Assembly (NCBI RefSeq): GCF_041146345.1
Contig: NW_027191413.1
Coordinates: forward strand, 682,001 to 746,000
Direction: 5' to 3'
From: Neodothiora populina
Lineage: Eukaryota
DNA length: 64,000 nt
Shown in pieces: positions 39,901 through 50,787 of this stretch. Position 1 is the stretch's first letter; each line of letters starts with the position of its first letter. The notes below the pieces were generated by a model. It saw only the letters and a program-made list of their open reading frames with translations, did not search any database and had not been told where the DNA came from. The position numbers and the translations under genes were made by a program.

Positions 39901-42202
39901 ACCATCCTGAGTCTGCTCAAGATTGTCAACTTAATCATTCTAGACAATGTTGAGATCCAGGAGAACCTATGTTTTGTGGGTGGCATTCCTATCATCACAC
40001 GCTTCGCTAGCAAAAGATTCAGTAGTGACATCCGACTCGAGGCTGCGGCTTTTGTACGACAAATGTATCAGACGAGCACATTGACGCTACAAATGTTTGT
40101 CAGCTGTGGCGGTCTTAATGTTTTGGTGGAGTTCCTCGAGGAAGATTACGAGGCGGAGAGAGACTTGGTGCTCATCGGTGTCAATGGCGTGTGGAGTGTG
40201 TTTGAGCTGCAGGTGAGTCGTGATCTTTTTCTTGTCTGCAAAATTGTGGCTGACGGTCTCCGCAGGGCCCCACGCCGAAGAACGACTTTTGCCGTATCTT
40301 TTCGCGTAGTTCTGTGCTCTATCCTCTTTCCCTAGTGCTCAATAGAGTGCTAGATGAGGATGGCGAACTAGCAGAACTGGTCGAAGGACGCATCGTCAAT
40401 ATTTTCTTACTTTTCTCACAAGCGGAGAACCATGTCAAAGAAACGGTGGCGGATCGTATGGTGCTCAAACGTAAGTGAAGTCGGTTACGGTTTATTTGGC
40501 AAATGCTTATAAAGGACGCACAGGTGTGCTCAAGGATCTGGGACGCATGTCACCGAACCATCAAATCACAATGCTCAAGTTCATTAAAAACCTGTCGATG
40601 CTTGCCACCACTCTAGATGCCCTGCAGAACTCAAACGCCATCGAAGTACTTACAGACCTTCTCAATGCGAGCATGAAGTTTGCGCATTTCAGAGAAATCT
40701 CTAATCAGGTCCTGAACATCATGTACAACCTGTGCAGGCTGAGCAAGACACGGCAGGAGGATGCTGCGCTCAATGGCGTGATTCCGCTGCTTCAACGGAT
40801 TGTCAAGACAGAACGTCCGCTGAAGGAATTCGCATTGCCCATACTCTGCGACATGGCTCACTCTGGCAAGGTCGGACGAAAGATTTTGTGGCAACAGAAG
40901 GGTCTTCAATTTTATGTTTCTCTCTTGGCAGACCAGTATTGGCAGGTCACTGCGCTGGACGCAATCTTCATATGGTGTGTAGTATCTTTGTCTTTGCGGT
41001 ATACTTCTTTGCTAACACATTCAAGGCTACAAGAAGAGACCGCAAAAGTGGAAGAGCATCTTTTGTCAAACCCCGCTTTCGCTCGAGCCATTATCGGCGC
41101 GTTCGCAAACTCGAAGGCGGATTCGTTCGAAAACTTCCTCGAACCACTCCAGAAACTCCTTCGGTTGTCGCCACCGATTGCGTCCTCGCTTGCACACCCT
41201 GACCTCTTTCTTCGCGCAGCACAGAAGCTTCGAACGAAGAAAGCTCTTGTCCGTCTCAACCTACTCAGAATCATTCGAAGCGTGGTAGAGGCTGCCGACG
41301 AAGAGGGCAATCTCATAGAAAATGTCGGACTCGCAGACCTGATCCGCGAGACGGCCAAGACAGATCCGGCAATTTTGGTCCGCGAGATGGCTTCGGACCT
41401 GCTGAAGTCATCGGAGCTTGTCGCTTCCCGTGCCGCTCATAATGCTCGAGCTGCCGGCGATGCAAACAGGGTACGACCACTCCGTCGATCTTCGAGTTCG
41501 ACAATGGTCCCGACTGGAGCTTCACTCCCGCCGACTCCTGTTTCTGATCGCGCGCCTCCACCTTTAAGCAGAGCAGGCTCATACTTTGACCCTGCTAGTG
41601 ATCTGACCCGCACCTCAGCCGTAGCACACGCACGTGGACTAACATCGCCAAACCTCGCCTCTAGTCCATTCCGACCTACCAGTCGCGACGGTAATTCTGG
41701 CGGGCACAGCGCCTCGTCTTCGGCCGGCGCAATCAACTGGAGCGCGTTGAACAGTCCGCCATCATCAGGATTCGCAGGTGGCAATCTCAATGTCATCAAC
41801 GGTCTCAATGGCATGGGCAATGTCTTGTCCAAGAGCAGGCTCCCTAGAACAAGCATATCCGGGCGACCGCCGAGCTCAAGGCTCACACTAGGAGGAGGAG
41901 GCGCAGCGTCAGGAGACATGCGACCCAACAGCTCCCATCGACCGAGCAGTTCTCGGTCTACGACAAGCGAGAAGAACGAGAACCTGACTCCTATTTTGCA
42001 TCAGGCCAGACCCTCCAGTCGTTTAGGTCAGACACCATCGCAATCGAATATCCATCACCATCATAATCATCACCATAGAGGCAACAGCAGCAGCAACACC
42101 TCTACCAATAATTTGAACGGCAACACAGCGGCAGCGGTGACAGGAATGCCTGCTAATCTGAGGAGAAATACAAAGAGGATCGCCAGTGGAGAGATGCGCT
42201 AG
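36916..42202 (+). CDS. sepH: Septation initiation network kinase SepH (Cdc7/Cdc15 orthologue)
   Basis: LKDY/QLGDCLGKGAFGSVY, VAIK, HRDIKGANIL, DFG, VVGTPYWMAPEVIELSG, NWDDDF repeats and a C-terminal ARM-like region. Seven introns, including ones flanking a 30-nt exon at 37812-37841. Confidence 0.93.
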
Positions 42203-42250
42203 GTGAGCTCTCTTCATTTCTGGAGACATCGACAACAGCGGCATCGTCAC

Positions 42251-42373
42251 CAGCAGCAGCAGCAGCAGCAGCAGGACAGAGCAGCGGAGTATGTTGTTGA
42301 TGAGCAACAAGAAGAAGAGAAAGAAGAAGAAGAAGAAGAAGAAGAAGAAGAAGAAGATGATGATGATGATGAT
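42251..42373. repeat. Compound trinucleotide microsatellite (CAG)8 ... (GAA)n(GAT)n directly after the sepH stop
   Basis: Direct reading: (CAG)8 at 42251-42274, then a GAA run and a GAT run at ~42311-42373. Confidence 0.95.
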
Positions 42374-43109
42374 GAAAGAGGAGAATAAACGAACCCTTTT
42401 TCGTCCTCTGGGCTTGTTTGCCACTTCATTCTTCCTTTTATTCCAAAAGTCAGAGAAGACTTATGAACAACATCCCTTTCCCCCCCTTATTCCCAACCAC
42501 ACAACGAAAGCACCTTACTTTTCTTTTCTTGCTTGTATTTCTTGCTTTGTGGTCTGGGGATTTTCACTCGCGGATAGAGCGAGTCGAGTGAGCATTGGGG
42601 GTTCCAGGGAGGCGGGAAAGAGAGATACACATGCGTAGAAGTGGGACCGATGGGGATAGAATGGGGTATATACCACGCTGTTACATGAAGCCATTATTCC
42701 CATCCCAGACACGAGAAATAACTAACAGAAGTGATGATCATATGGTGCTGTCAATGATGGGGTGTCTTGCTCGTGTCTATCGTGCTCTCTGGCTCATAAG
42801 TACCAGGCCATACATATCATCCGATCATACAGGCAAGGCGTGGGTGTCTTGAGAGCAACCACCAGGAGAAAAAAGGCGCAAGGAAAAGGGCAGGGTAGAC
42901 ATTTAGGAATTTTTTCTGGTTTTTTTGTGAATTGGTTACTGTACACTCTCTCAACCTCGAGCCTCATCTTACCATCTACTAATGCCCCCCCCCCCCCCCT
43001 CCCACCCTTCAGTATACCAATTCCACGACCCTGACCATCAAAGACCTCGAAAAACTCAGGCAGCCCATCCTCACGACCCAGCAAGCAAGCTAGCAAGCAG
43101 CCTTGGATC

Positions 43110-44978
43110 TCATTTCTTATTCTTACCCTTACGATCAGCAATCTCCGCCCTCATCTCCCTCTTGATTCGAGAAATCGTGCCCGCGCCACCATACACCATG
43201 GCGGTGTAGACAAACGCGATGCTGGCGCCTGCGTTCAGGACTTCGAGAGCTTGTGCGCCGGTGGTTATGCCGCCTGTTGCGAAGATGAGTTTGTCTTTTT
43301 GTTGTTGCTGCGCTTGGGACGGGGTGGCGCGAGGTGCTGTCGTTGACATTGACTTGTCGTCAGAGGAGGAAGAGGAGGGCGAGTCATGGCGCGACGGAAT
43401 CTGGACGAGCGGCTGGGCTCTGCTCTCGTCGTCTGCTTTGGGCGTGAGGGGTTTGAGGTGCGCGCGGTCGCGCTGGACGGAGTCGTCGATGCGGGCGGCG
43501 GTCTCTTTTGATAGCGCTGTGGGGGGGTTCGAGTCCTTGTCGTCAGCGGTGGCGGCGGAAGCAGCGGGCTTTGAATCTATGGCTTTGGGCTGTGACGAAG
43601 AAGAAGAAGAAGAAGAAGAAGAAGAAGAAGAAGCGGATTTGGCATTCCCTTCTTGCGGGCCTTGGTCGAGCGCGAGTCTGTATTTCTTGACCAGCGAGAC
43701 GGTGCGCCCGAAGAGTTGCGGGCCGGAGTAGCCGCCCATCTCGAGCATGATTTTGGCTTCCTTCTCCGAGAGTGCGTAGCCTGCTGGCAGAGGGTCGGGT
43801 CGCTTCTTGGTGGTATTGCCGACGATGACTCCGTCGACGCCACTTGCCCAGACTGCGGCGCAGATGCCGTTGACTTGCTCGTCGCTGTCCTCGTCGGGAG
43901 ACACTTTGACCATGACGGCTGGCTTGGTCTTTCGCGAAGTCGCTTGCGCGGCGTCGACGACGGCAGACAAGATCTTGGTCAGGGGCTCTGAAGCCTGCAG
44001 GTTTCGCAGACCGGGCGTGTTGGGGCTCGAGACGTTGACGACGAGAATGTCGGCGTATTTGGCCAGTTTGTCCACCGCGTCGGTGTAGTCCTTTGCGATG
44101 GCGTTGATGTCGTTGTCCGGTGTCCCCTTCATCTTGGCCACCTGCACGGCCAACAGACGTCCTGGCACATGGCTACCGGGAGGCACGCCGACTTCACCAT
44201 CGAGCACCTCTCGCTCCGCTTCCACGTCCAGGCCCAGACCCATGTCGTATGCGAATTGTCGCAGTCTCTGACGTAGACGCATGGCGACGCTCTCGGCACC
44301 TTCCGAGTTGAGGCCGTAGCGATTGATGATGGCGTTCTGGGAAGGAACGCGGAAGCATCGCGGCTTGGCGTTGCCTTCTTGTGGCCGCGGCGTGATGCCG
44401 CCGACCTCGACGAGACCAGGACCGAGGGCGAGGATGGGATCAATGACTTCGGCGTTCTTGTCGAGTCCGGCTGATGTGGCGATCGGATTGTCGAGCATGT
44501 GCCCGAACACTTCGACTCTCAGATCGCCGGCGGCATCTGGGTTTCCACGTTCGCGCGGGTGCAGACCGAAGGCATAAAGACCCTTGAGCATGTCGTTCCC
44601 AAAACGATGGGCATCTTCGGCGTCGGGGAAGAAAGTGCGAATGAACGGAGGAACAAGATATTGGTGGAATGCGGCGCGGGAATCAGAGACGTAGAGGTAG
44701 CCGAAAGTTCCAGTGACGAGCAGGATGGAGGCATAGATTACTCTCTTGACGGTCTCGAAGCCCGAGCGAGCGCTTTTCACGGGGTCGGCCTGGGCGACTG
44801 TGGTCTTGACGTCTGTTGAGACATGTCGTACTTGCTGTGAGAGGCGTGTGGCACGATATTGGTATTGCTGCGGATTAGGCGATTGGCGACTCAAGGATGC
44901 GAATGAATGTCTCGATGGTCGCAGTAATGAGCTCCTCGTCGCCGCCTGTATGCCTGTGCAAACCAATCGACCCCTCAT
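43110..44978 (-). CDS. ura9: Dihydroorotate dehydrogenase, class 2 (mitochondrial, quinone-dependent)
   Basis: R/S-rich presequence and TM helix, DAEDAH, SAGLDKNAE, QEGNAKPRCFR, INRYGLNSEG, VNVSSPNTPGLR, VKVSPD, GNTT, GGYSG, FATGGI, YTAMVYGG. Confidence 0.95.
   Translation of the reverse strand: MRGRLVCTGIQAATRSSLLRPSRHSFASLSRQSPNPQQYQYRATRLSQQVRHVSTDVKTTVAQADPVKSARSGFETVKRVIYASILLVTGTFGYLYVSDSRAAFHQYLVPPFIRTFFPDAEDAHRFGNDMLKGLYAFGLHPRERGNPDAAGDLRVEVFGHMLDNPIATSAGLDKNAEVIDPILALGPGLVEVGGITPRPQEGNAKPRCFRVPSQNAIINRYGLNSEGAESVAMRLRQRLRQFAYDMGLGLDVEAEREVLDGEVGVPPGSHVPGRLLAVQVAKMKGTPDNDINAIAKDYTDAVDKLAKYADILVVNVSSPNTPGLRNLQASEPLTKILSAVVDAAQATSRKTKPAVMVKVSPDEDSDEQVNGICAAVWASGVDGVIVGNTTKKRPDPLPAGYALSEKEAKIMLEMGGYSGPQLFGRTVSLVKKYRLALDQGPQEGNAKSASSSSSSSSSSSSSQPKAIDSKPAASAATADDKDSNPPTALSKETAARIDDSVQRDRAHLKPLTPKADDESRAQPLVQIPSRHDSPSSSSSDDKSMSTTAPRATPSQAQQQQKDKLIFATGGITTGAQALEVLNAGASIAFVYTAMVYGGAGTISRIKREMRAEIADRKGKNKK
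43597..43632. repeat. (GAA)12 coding microsatellite giving poly-Ser in DHODH
   Basis: Direct reading; encodes the Ser run in ...[19 protein letters not shown]... Confidence 0.95.
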
Positions 44979-45487
44979 ACTGACACAATTGACCAGAGCC
45001 GGAGGTCAAGCGATCTTGCTTGTCGAAGGATAGAATGTAACCTGGTATATACGTCAAGTCACTGTAGATTCAATACAGCGACCTGGACTTTGCCTGCGAA
45101 ACGCCACATCTTTCGCAGTCGGACCAGGGTCGCCAAGACTGCATCGACAGGTCACCTACACACGCTGTGTCACTCTTCAAATCACCATGCATCACCTCAT
45201 CAATGACTAAAATCGAAAAATTGTACTTCAAGAATCATGGCTTCGAAGCGACCGGTTTCATGTCGATGCGCACACCATAGTGGAATCATGTCGCGTCAGT
45301 CTGCTTCGTACAGCCTCAATCGTGTGCACACAAAAAGCCAAACTGAAGTGGTGGGGACCAAAAAAAGTAGAGGGTGATGTCCTTGCCTTGCACACTTTGC
45401 TCCAAGAAACCCTATGAAAGAGAAAAGAAAGTGTATGTGAGAAGCGGTACCAGAAAAGAAAACAAACCACTGTGCATCTTTGATCAT

Positions 45488-47815
45488 CTAATCCACTTTT
45501 CCTGCTGCCGCTCCTGGAGCCCCTAGGAGTCCGTCCTTCTCATTTAGAGTGAAGAATCCGCCGCTGCCGAATGACTTCCCGCTGCCTCGTCTCATGGCTC
45601 CCCGTCCCCAGATGCCCAGACCGACGAACATCACGGCCGCTACACCCATGGTGATGAGGGGATGTGCCGCCAGACCACTTCGCACCTTGAATGCAATGTG
45701 GCCAAAGAAGGAGTTCTTGTTGACCGGGCTGATCTTGGGTGGATTAGCCACGACCTTGGGCAGGGTCTCGAGAATAGAGACACGAGAAGGAACAATAGGG
45801 TTGCCGGTGATGGTGACGTCCCAGTAACGTTGGTTCTGCCGCATGTCAGTACATCTGTAGTTGTAAACCCGTGCTGTCTGTAATGGACTATCACTCACGT
45901 CTTCGTCGTTGATGACGACCTTCTCGCCCTCCTTGACAGAGATGCCAAAGGTCGTCTTGATCCATCGCTCCCAGAACACGCCATCAACCCAGGCGAAACC
46001 GACTTGCTTCCAATCGACTTCGTCCATGTCGATGACGATCTGCTTGGCCGCTCTCAAAGCGCGCTGGTCGTTGCGGTCCTCGGCTTCCTCGATGCGCAAT
46101 TGCTTGGCATCTCTCAGTTCCTGTCTCTCTAGCTGGAATGCCTGTGTCTCCTTGTCGATCCATTCCAGAGCAGCTTGCTTGAGTTCACGGCGTGCGATGA
46201 TGAACTCGTCAGATCTCTCCCGGGACAGAATGGCCAGGACGACGAGTCTGCCGTCCATGATCTCGCGGGCATTGGCTGCGGTCAGCTCAGGGACAATGGG
46301 CTGCCACACGGACTGCATCCAATTGAGCACTTTGCGGAAGTCACGGATATCTTTTGGCGCCAGGGGGGTGAAGTAGGTCGGCTTGGTGTCGCGCGACACG
46401 ACGAGTCTGGGCCAGGTAGAGATTCGGAAGCGCGCTTCAAGGTCGGCATCGTGGGTTCTGACCAGCTTCGCGTGGCCGATGAGGGAAAGAAGCAGACGCT
46501 CGAGGGCGGCAAAGTCCTCGGTAGTGGTGGCGTGGTCGTAGAAATACAGGAAAATGACCTCTTCCTTCTTCTCCATCTCCTCGAACTCGGCCAGAGTGAC
46601 GTCCTCGACTCCGTTGCCAGCATCGACGGCCTGGTTGGCATACTTGATCAGATCTCCGACTCCGCGAAGGCCCTCGTACTCGACTCGCTCTCCGGCTTGG
46701 AAGTAGACGAGAGTCGGGTAGCCCTTGACGTGAACATCCTTGCAGAGACGTTTCTCCGCCTCGCAGTTGACCTCACCGATATTGAGACGGCCCTTCATCT
46801 CCTTGGCCATGGCCATCCAATTCGGACCCATGGCCTGGCAGTGGTGGCACCAGGGAGCGTAGAACTTGATGAACCACGGATCATGGGTGGTGGTGACAAG
46901 GGTCTGGAAGGTCTCGGCTGTGAGAGGGATGGATCTGCCGGAAGGGTTGTGCTCCTGAGCGACGAGAGTACTCTTGGTGGAAGAGGCAGTCGAGGTGGTA
47001 GAAGTAGAAGCGGCAGCCTTGTCAGCGGCCTTGTCGTCCTTTGCGGGGGCATGCTTTGCTGCCGAGCCAGAGTCTCCGCCATCGACGTGATGAGCTCCTA
47101 CTTTGGGCAGCTTGGGTCCACCCTTGGGACGCGAGCCAGGACGAATTGTTTCGAGAGTGGACTCGATCCACTTGCTCAAGGTCTTGATGTCCTGTCCGCC
47201 GACTTTCTTGTCTATGGCTTTGCCATCCTTGAACAGCACAATGGTGGGGAAAGAATGAATCTCCTTGTCTGCGCACGCGGTGCCAAAGGCGACACAGTCG
47301 AGCTTGGCGAACTTGAAGTCGTAGTAGCGGGTGAAGGAGTTGAGGGACTTTGTGGAATCGGGCGAGTCAGCAGCCGAGTTGGCCGACGAGTCGGCGAGAG
47401 GAGTCGAGGCGTAGTAGAATTCGAAGGCTGTCTGCCACGTCGGAGCAAAGGCCTTGCAATGGTGGCAATAAGGGGAGAAGAATTCGACAAGCCAGTAGCC
47501 CGAAGCAATGTCTTTGTCTATCGACTCTCCACTCAGTTCGGTGAGCGGAGGCACCTTGTGGCCGCTGAAGGTTGTGCCTGAGGCATCGTCTGCATCTGAT
47601 CCATCCGTCACTGGGGCAGCGGCAGTATCGCCGGCGACAACGGGGTTATCTGCAGGGGAGGCAGGACCGGGCGCTGGAGCTGGTGCTGCCGCATCCTTCT
47701 CCGCCCCTTTCGGCACCTCGATGGCAGCTTCGGGTTGCGGGTCGAGCTGAGGCGCAGCCAGAGCGGACGTGAGGGCAGCGAGTGCGAGAAGAGGTGTCAG
47801 AGAGGGGAAGCGCAT
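45488..47815 (-). CDS. Membrane-anchored thioredoxin-domain / protein disulfide isomerase family protein (Eps1-like)
   Basis: Signal peptide, two active sites (FFSPYCHHC, FYAPWCHHC), C-terminal TM helix and GKVD end. One 63-nt intron 45898-45836 is read through by the track ORF. Confidence 0.88.
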   Translation of the reverse strand: MRFPSLTPLLALAALTSALAAPQLDPQPEAAIEVPKGAEKDAAAPAPAPGPASPADNPVVAGDTAAAPVTDGSDADDASGTTFSGHKVPPLTELSGESIDKDIASGYWLVEFFSPYCHHCKAFAPTWQTAFEFYYASTPLADSSANSAADSPDSTKSLNSFTRYYDFKFAKLDCVAFGTACADKEIHSFPTIVLFKDGKAIDKKVGGQDIKTLSKWIESTLETIRPGSRPKGGPKLPKVGAHHVDGGDSGSAAKHAPAKDDKAADKAAASTSTTSTASSTKSTLVAQEHNPSGRSIPLTAETFQTLVTTTHDPWFIKFYAPWCHHCQAMGPNWMAMAKEMKGRLNIGEVNCEAEKRLCKDVHVKGYPTLVYFQAGERVEYEGLRGVGDLIKYANQAVDAGNGVEDVTLAEFEEMEKKEEVIFLYFYDHATTTEDFAALERLLLSLIGHAKLVRTHDADLEARFRISTWPRLVVSRDTKPTYFTPLAPKDIRDFRKVLNWMQSVWQPIVPELTAANAREIMDGRLVVLAILSRERSDEFIIARRELKQAALEWIDKETQAFQLERQELRDAKQLRIEEAEDRNDQRALRAAKQIVIDMDEVDWKQVGFAWVDGVFWERWIKTTFGISVKEGEKVVINDEDVSDSPLQTARVYNYRCTDMRQNQRYWDVTITGNPIVPSRVSILETLPKVVANPPKISPVNKNSFFGHIAFKVRSGLAAHPLITMGVAAVMFVGLGIWGRGAMRRGSGKSFGSGGFFTLNEKDGLLGAPGAAAGKVD

Positions 47816-48616
47816 GTTGACGTCGATGTGCGTATGCGTTCAGGCCGGTGGAAGTGTGCGCGTAGAGGCCTACGGGCTCAAGAGGGGGGTACGCGGCCGT
47901 CGTGGTTGAGGAATGCGCCTGGCTGAGTCAGGCTTCCGGACTGTAGGTGTCGAGTGACCGAGCACACCTCAACAGGGAGCAGCAGATGAAAGTACAGGAG
48001 AGTCGTCGTGTGTTCCTACTCCATCAGGTGACACGAGACATGCACTGTATGTACAGATACACAGACACAATAGGGTATTCTCTGCGCGGCCCCGGTCTCT
48101 CTGTCTCTCTGTGAGAAAGGTATTGATCGGCGACAGGAGGTGTGTATGTCTGCGGTAGTCACTACAGCAAGTGTTGATACGGTCCAGTAAGGTAAGGTAC
48201 CTTATGTTCCAACTATAGAAGGGCCAAGGGATGTCCGCTGAGCCCCGGGTCAGCGTTGTCTTGGCATTCCGCCCTGTCTGGAACGGAGAGCTGACTCGAA
48301 GGAAGGTCACGGCGGAGATCTGCCAGCACACAGCACTAGTCAGAGAGCTCACAGTCCTGATTGACCACGAACCATTACCAAATTGCTTTCGGATCCGTGC
48401 GCAAATCGTGCTCGTCTTGTGTATTGATTGTTGCTGACTCACAGGGACATACGTACACAAACGCTCTACAACTGCTGGTTATAGCACACTCGTATAAACG
48501 TGAACATTAATCTGCTAGTACTGCAGATAACGCAAGACTTTTCCTTTCCTCGCAAGTATAAACTCAACAAGCAGCACAGCCGTCGCTCTCATCAGAATCA
48601 TGTCAACCTATATCAT

Positions 48617-50608
48617 TCACTTCTTCTGCATGCCATCTCCCTCGTGCACAATCTCCGTCAACTGATGCCTCTCGGCGCTGCCGCCGGCGCTGACCCCACG
48701 GATATGCTCCCACTCTTGCTCGTCCCGCGCCTCCTCGGCCAAGTCCGCAGTGATGACCTCGGTCTCGACGTCGTCTTCCTCTTCCTCGGGCAGGATGAGA
48801 TTCAAGATGACGGAGAGAAAGGCGGCGATGGCGAAGCCGTTTTCCATCACTAGCACGATGGCGTTGTAGAAGCCTAGGAGGGCGTGGTTCGGGCCCGAGT
48901 AGGTGAAGACGTAGCTGAACCATCTGTTTTGTGCTCGAGTCAGCAATTCGCTTCTTCTTCTTCTTCTTCTTCTTCTTCTTCTTCTTCTTCTTCTTCTTCT
49001 TCTTCTTCTTCTTCTTCTTCTTCTTCTTCTCTTCTTCTCAGACGCAATGATTGTGTAACAGGATGAGATGGGACAGAAAAACACTTACGTAGGCACGAGC
49101 GTCGCTCCGAACCCCGGCGCCAGAGCCGCAGTCAGAATAAACCTGTTGCGGCGATTGAACGGCACCTTCGATATGATACGAATACCAGACGTGGCGACGG
49201 ACGCGAAAAGAAACGTCGTCATACCGCCCAGGACCGCCGACGGGATCGCCACGAGGGCGGCAGCGAACTTGCTGAATATGCCCATGACGAGCAGCCAGAA
49301 GCAAGCCGCGTAGCCCGCCTTGCGATTCGCGCAGCGCGTCAGCGCGATCACGCCGTTGTTCTGCGCGAACGTCGACATGGGCGTCATGGTGCAGAGGCCG
49401 GCGATGATGCCGTTCAGCCCGTCTGCGAGCACGCCGCCTTGGATGCGGCTGTCGAAGAGGGGCCCATCGACTTCGAGGCGCGACACGTCGCAGGTTGCGG
49501 TTATGTCGCCGATGGCCTCCATTGCGATGACGATGAAGACGGCGAGCAAGGGGAGGACTAGAGGTCCGTAGACTTTGAGTCTGAAGGTTTGCACCCAGAT
49601 GAAGGACGCTACGGGCGCAGAGTCGATTCCTGAACGGTCAAAGTAGCCGCATGCTGCTGCGATGATGCATCCGACCAGCAGACCTACAACCACAGCGCAG
49701 GACTTCATGATCGGGCTGCCGAATCGCTCGCAGAGAATGATGGTCAAAAAGACAGAGAATCCAAGACCGATGAACTCTGCGCTTCCCCAGGGCAGGGCAT
49801 GCGGCGCAGAAGTGCTGGGACACAAGCTGTACATGCCGGTCTCGGGCCTCGACATGCAACTGCCTGAACCACCAGCCCAGTCCTCGAATCCAGAAGTGAT
49901 GAGGGAAACACCGATCAGCATGACCGTCGGACCCGTGACGAGCGGAGGGAAGATCTTCTTCAGCATGCGCGGTGAAGTGAAGGACATGAGGATTTCGAGC
50001 AGCGCGCAGCAACACGATGTCGCCAGGATCGCGCCATAGCCATCGGGACACGGAAGAGGGTTTCCCTCAGCGTCGGACGGGCAGTAGCCTGTGGCGTACA
50101 TCTGCGACAGCGCGCCTGTCGCAACAGGAATGACTGCGAAAGAAGTTCCTACCACGGAGATCAAGCCCGTGCCGAGATAGTAGGGCGTCTTGAAGAGGTG
50201 GAAGCGAGTGATTTGGATGGCGGATAGGATGCCGCATACGATGAGCGAGGTGCTGACGAGGTATTGCTGCTGACTTTGCAACAAATTGGCACTGCCAGCC
50301 AGAATAATGGGGGGAGAAATGACACCAGCCAGCATGGACAAGGCATGTTGGAATCCAAGCAACATAGCCAGGAGGAAGGGCATCTTGTCGTTGAGTCCGA
50401 AGAATGGCGCCGCTCGTCGCTCACGCTTCATGAATGGGATCTGGGGCTTGAAAAGGAAGGCATAGTCGTAGTCTCCCACAAGACCATCCTTGGTGGTCAG
50501 CGCCCTGATCATGCGTCTGCCTTTGTCGGCGAATGATCTTTTGCGTGTGAAGTCGGGACCAATTTGGTCAGGACTGTCGTCCTTGACGTAGCTAGGGTTG
50601 CTAGACAT
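48617..50608 (-). CDS. uapC: Uric acid-xanthine permease, NAT/NCS2 family (UapA/UapC-like)
   Basis: GDYDYAFLF N-tail, LGFQHALSM, EAIGDITAT, NAT signature QNNGVIALTRCAN. Intron 49088-48924. Confidence 0.9.
48951..49028. repeat. (CTT)26 microsatellite, (GAA)26 on the sense strand of the permease intron
   Basis: 78-nt perfect run inside intron 48924-49088. It produces the spurious poly-R and poly-S ORFs in the track. Confidence 0.97.
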
Positions 50609-50787
50609 GGTGTCGTCGCAGAGTATTCAGGATGGACCAATTGATCAAATGAAATATATTTGATTGGGATACTGAAAGACAGTACAAGTCGAACTTCTCA
50701 AAGCTGGGCTTGGTCGGTTCTCCAATCTTCAGCAATGTTCAAGGTATAGCGCATGGGTATAGTTAGACAACAGCAAATATGGGTATA

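Noticed and set aside
33747..45499. Ice2 and the PDI-family protein both end in KVD (KxD-type COPI motif)
   Set aside because: Plausible ordinary retrieval signals on two unrelated membrane proteins; no evidence of a linked system.
46175..47581. 468-aa plus-strand ORF antisense to the PDI-family gene, and similar antisense ORFs over aconitase, SDR, DENN and DHODH
   Set aside because: Shadow ORFs caused by strong C/G-ending codon bias on the coding strand; no recognisable motifs.
48884..49084. Poly-Arg and poly-Ser ORFs
   Set aside because: Translations of the intronic (GAA)26 microsatellite.
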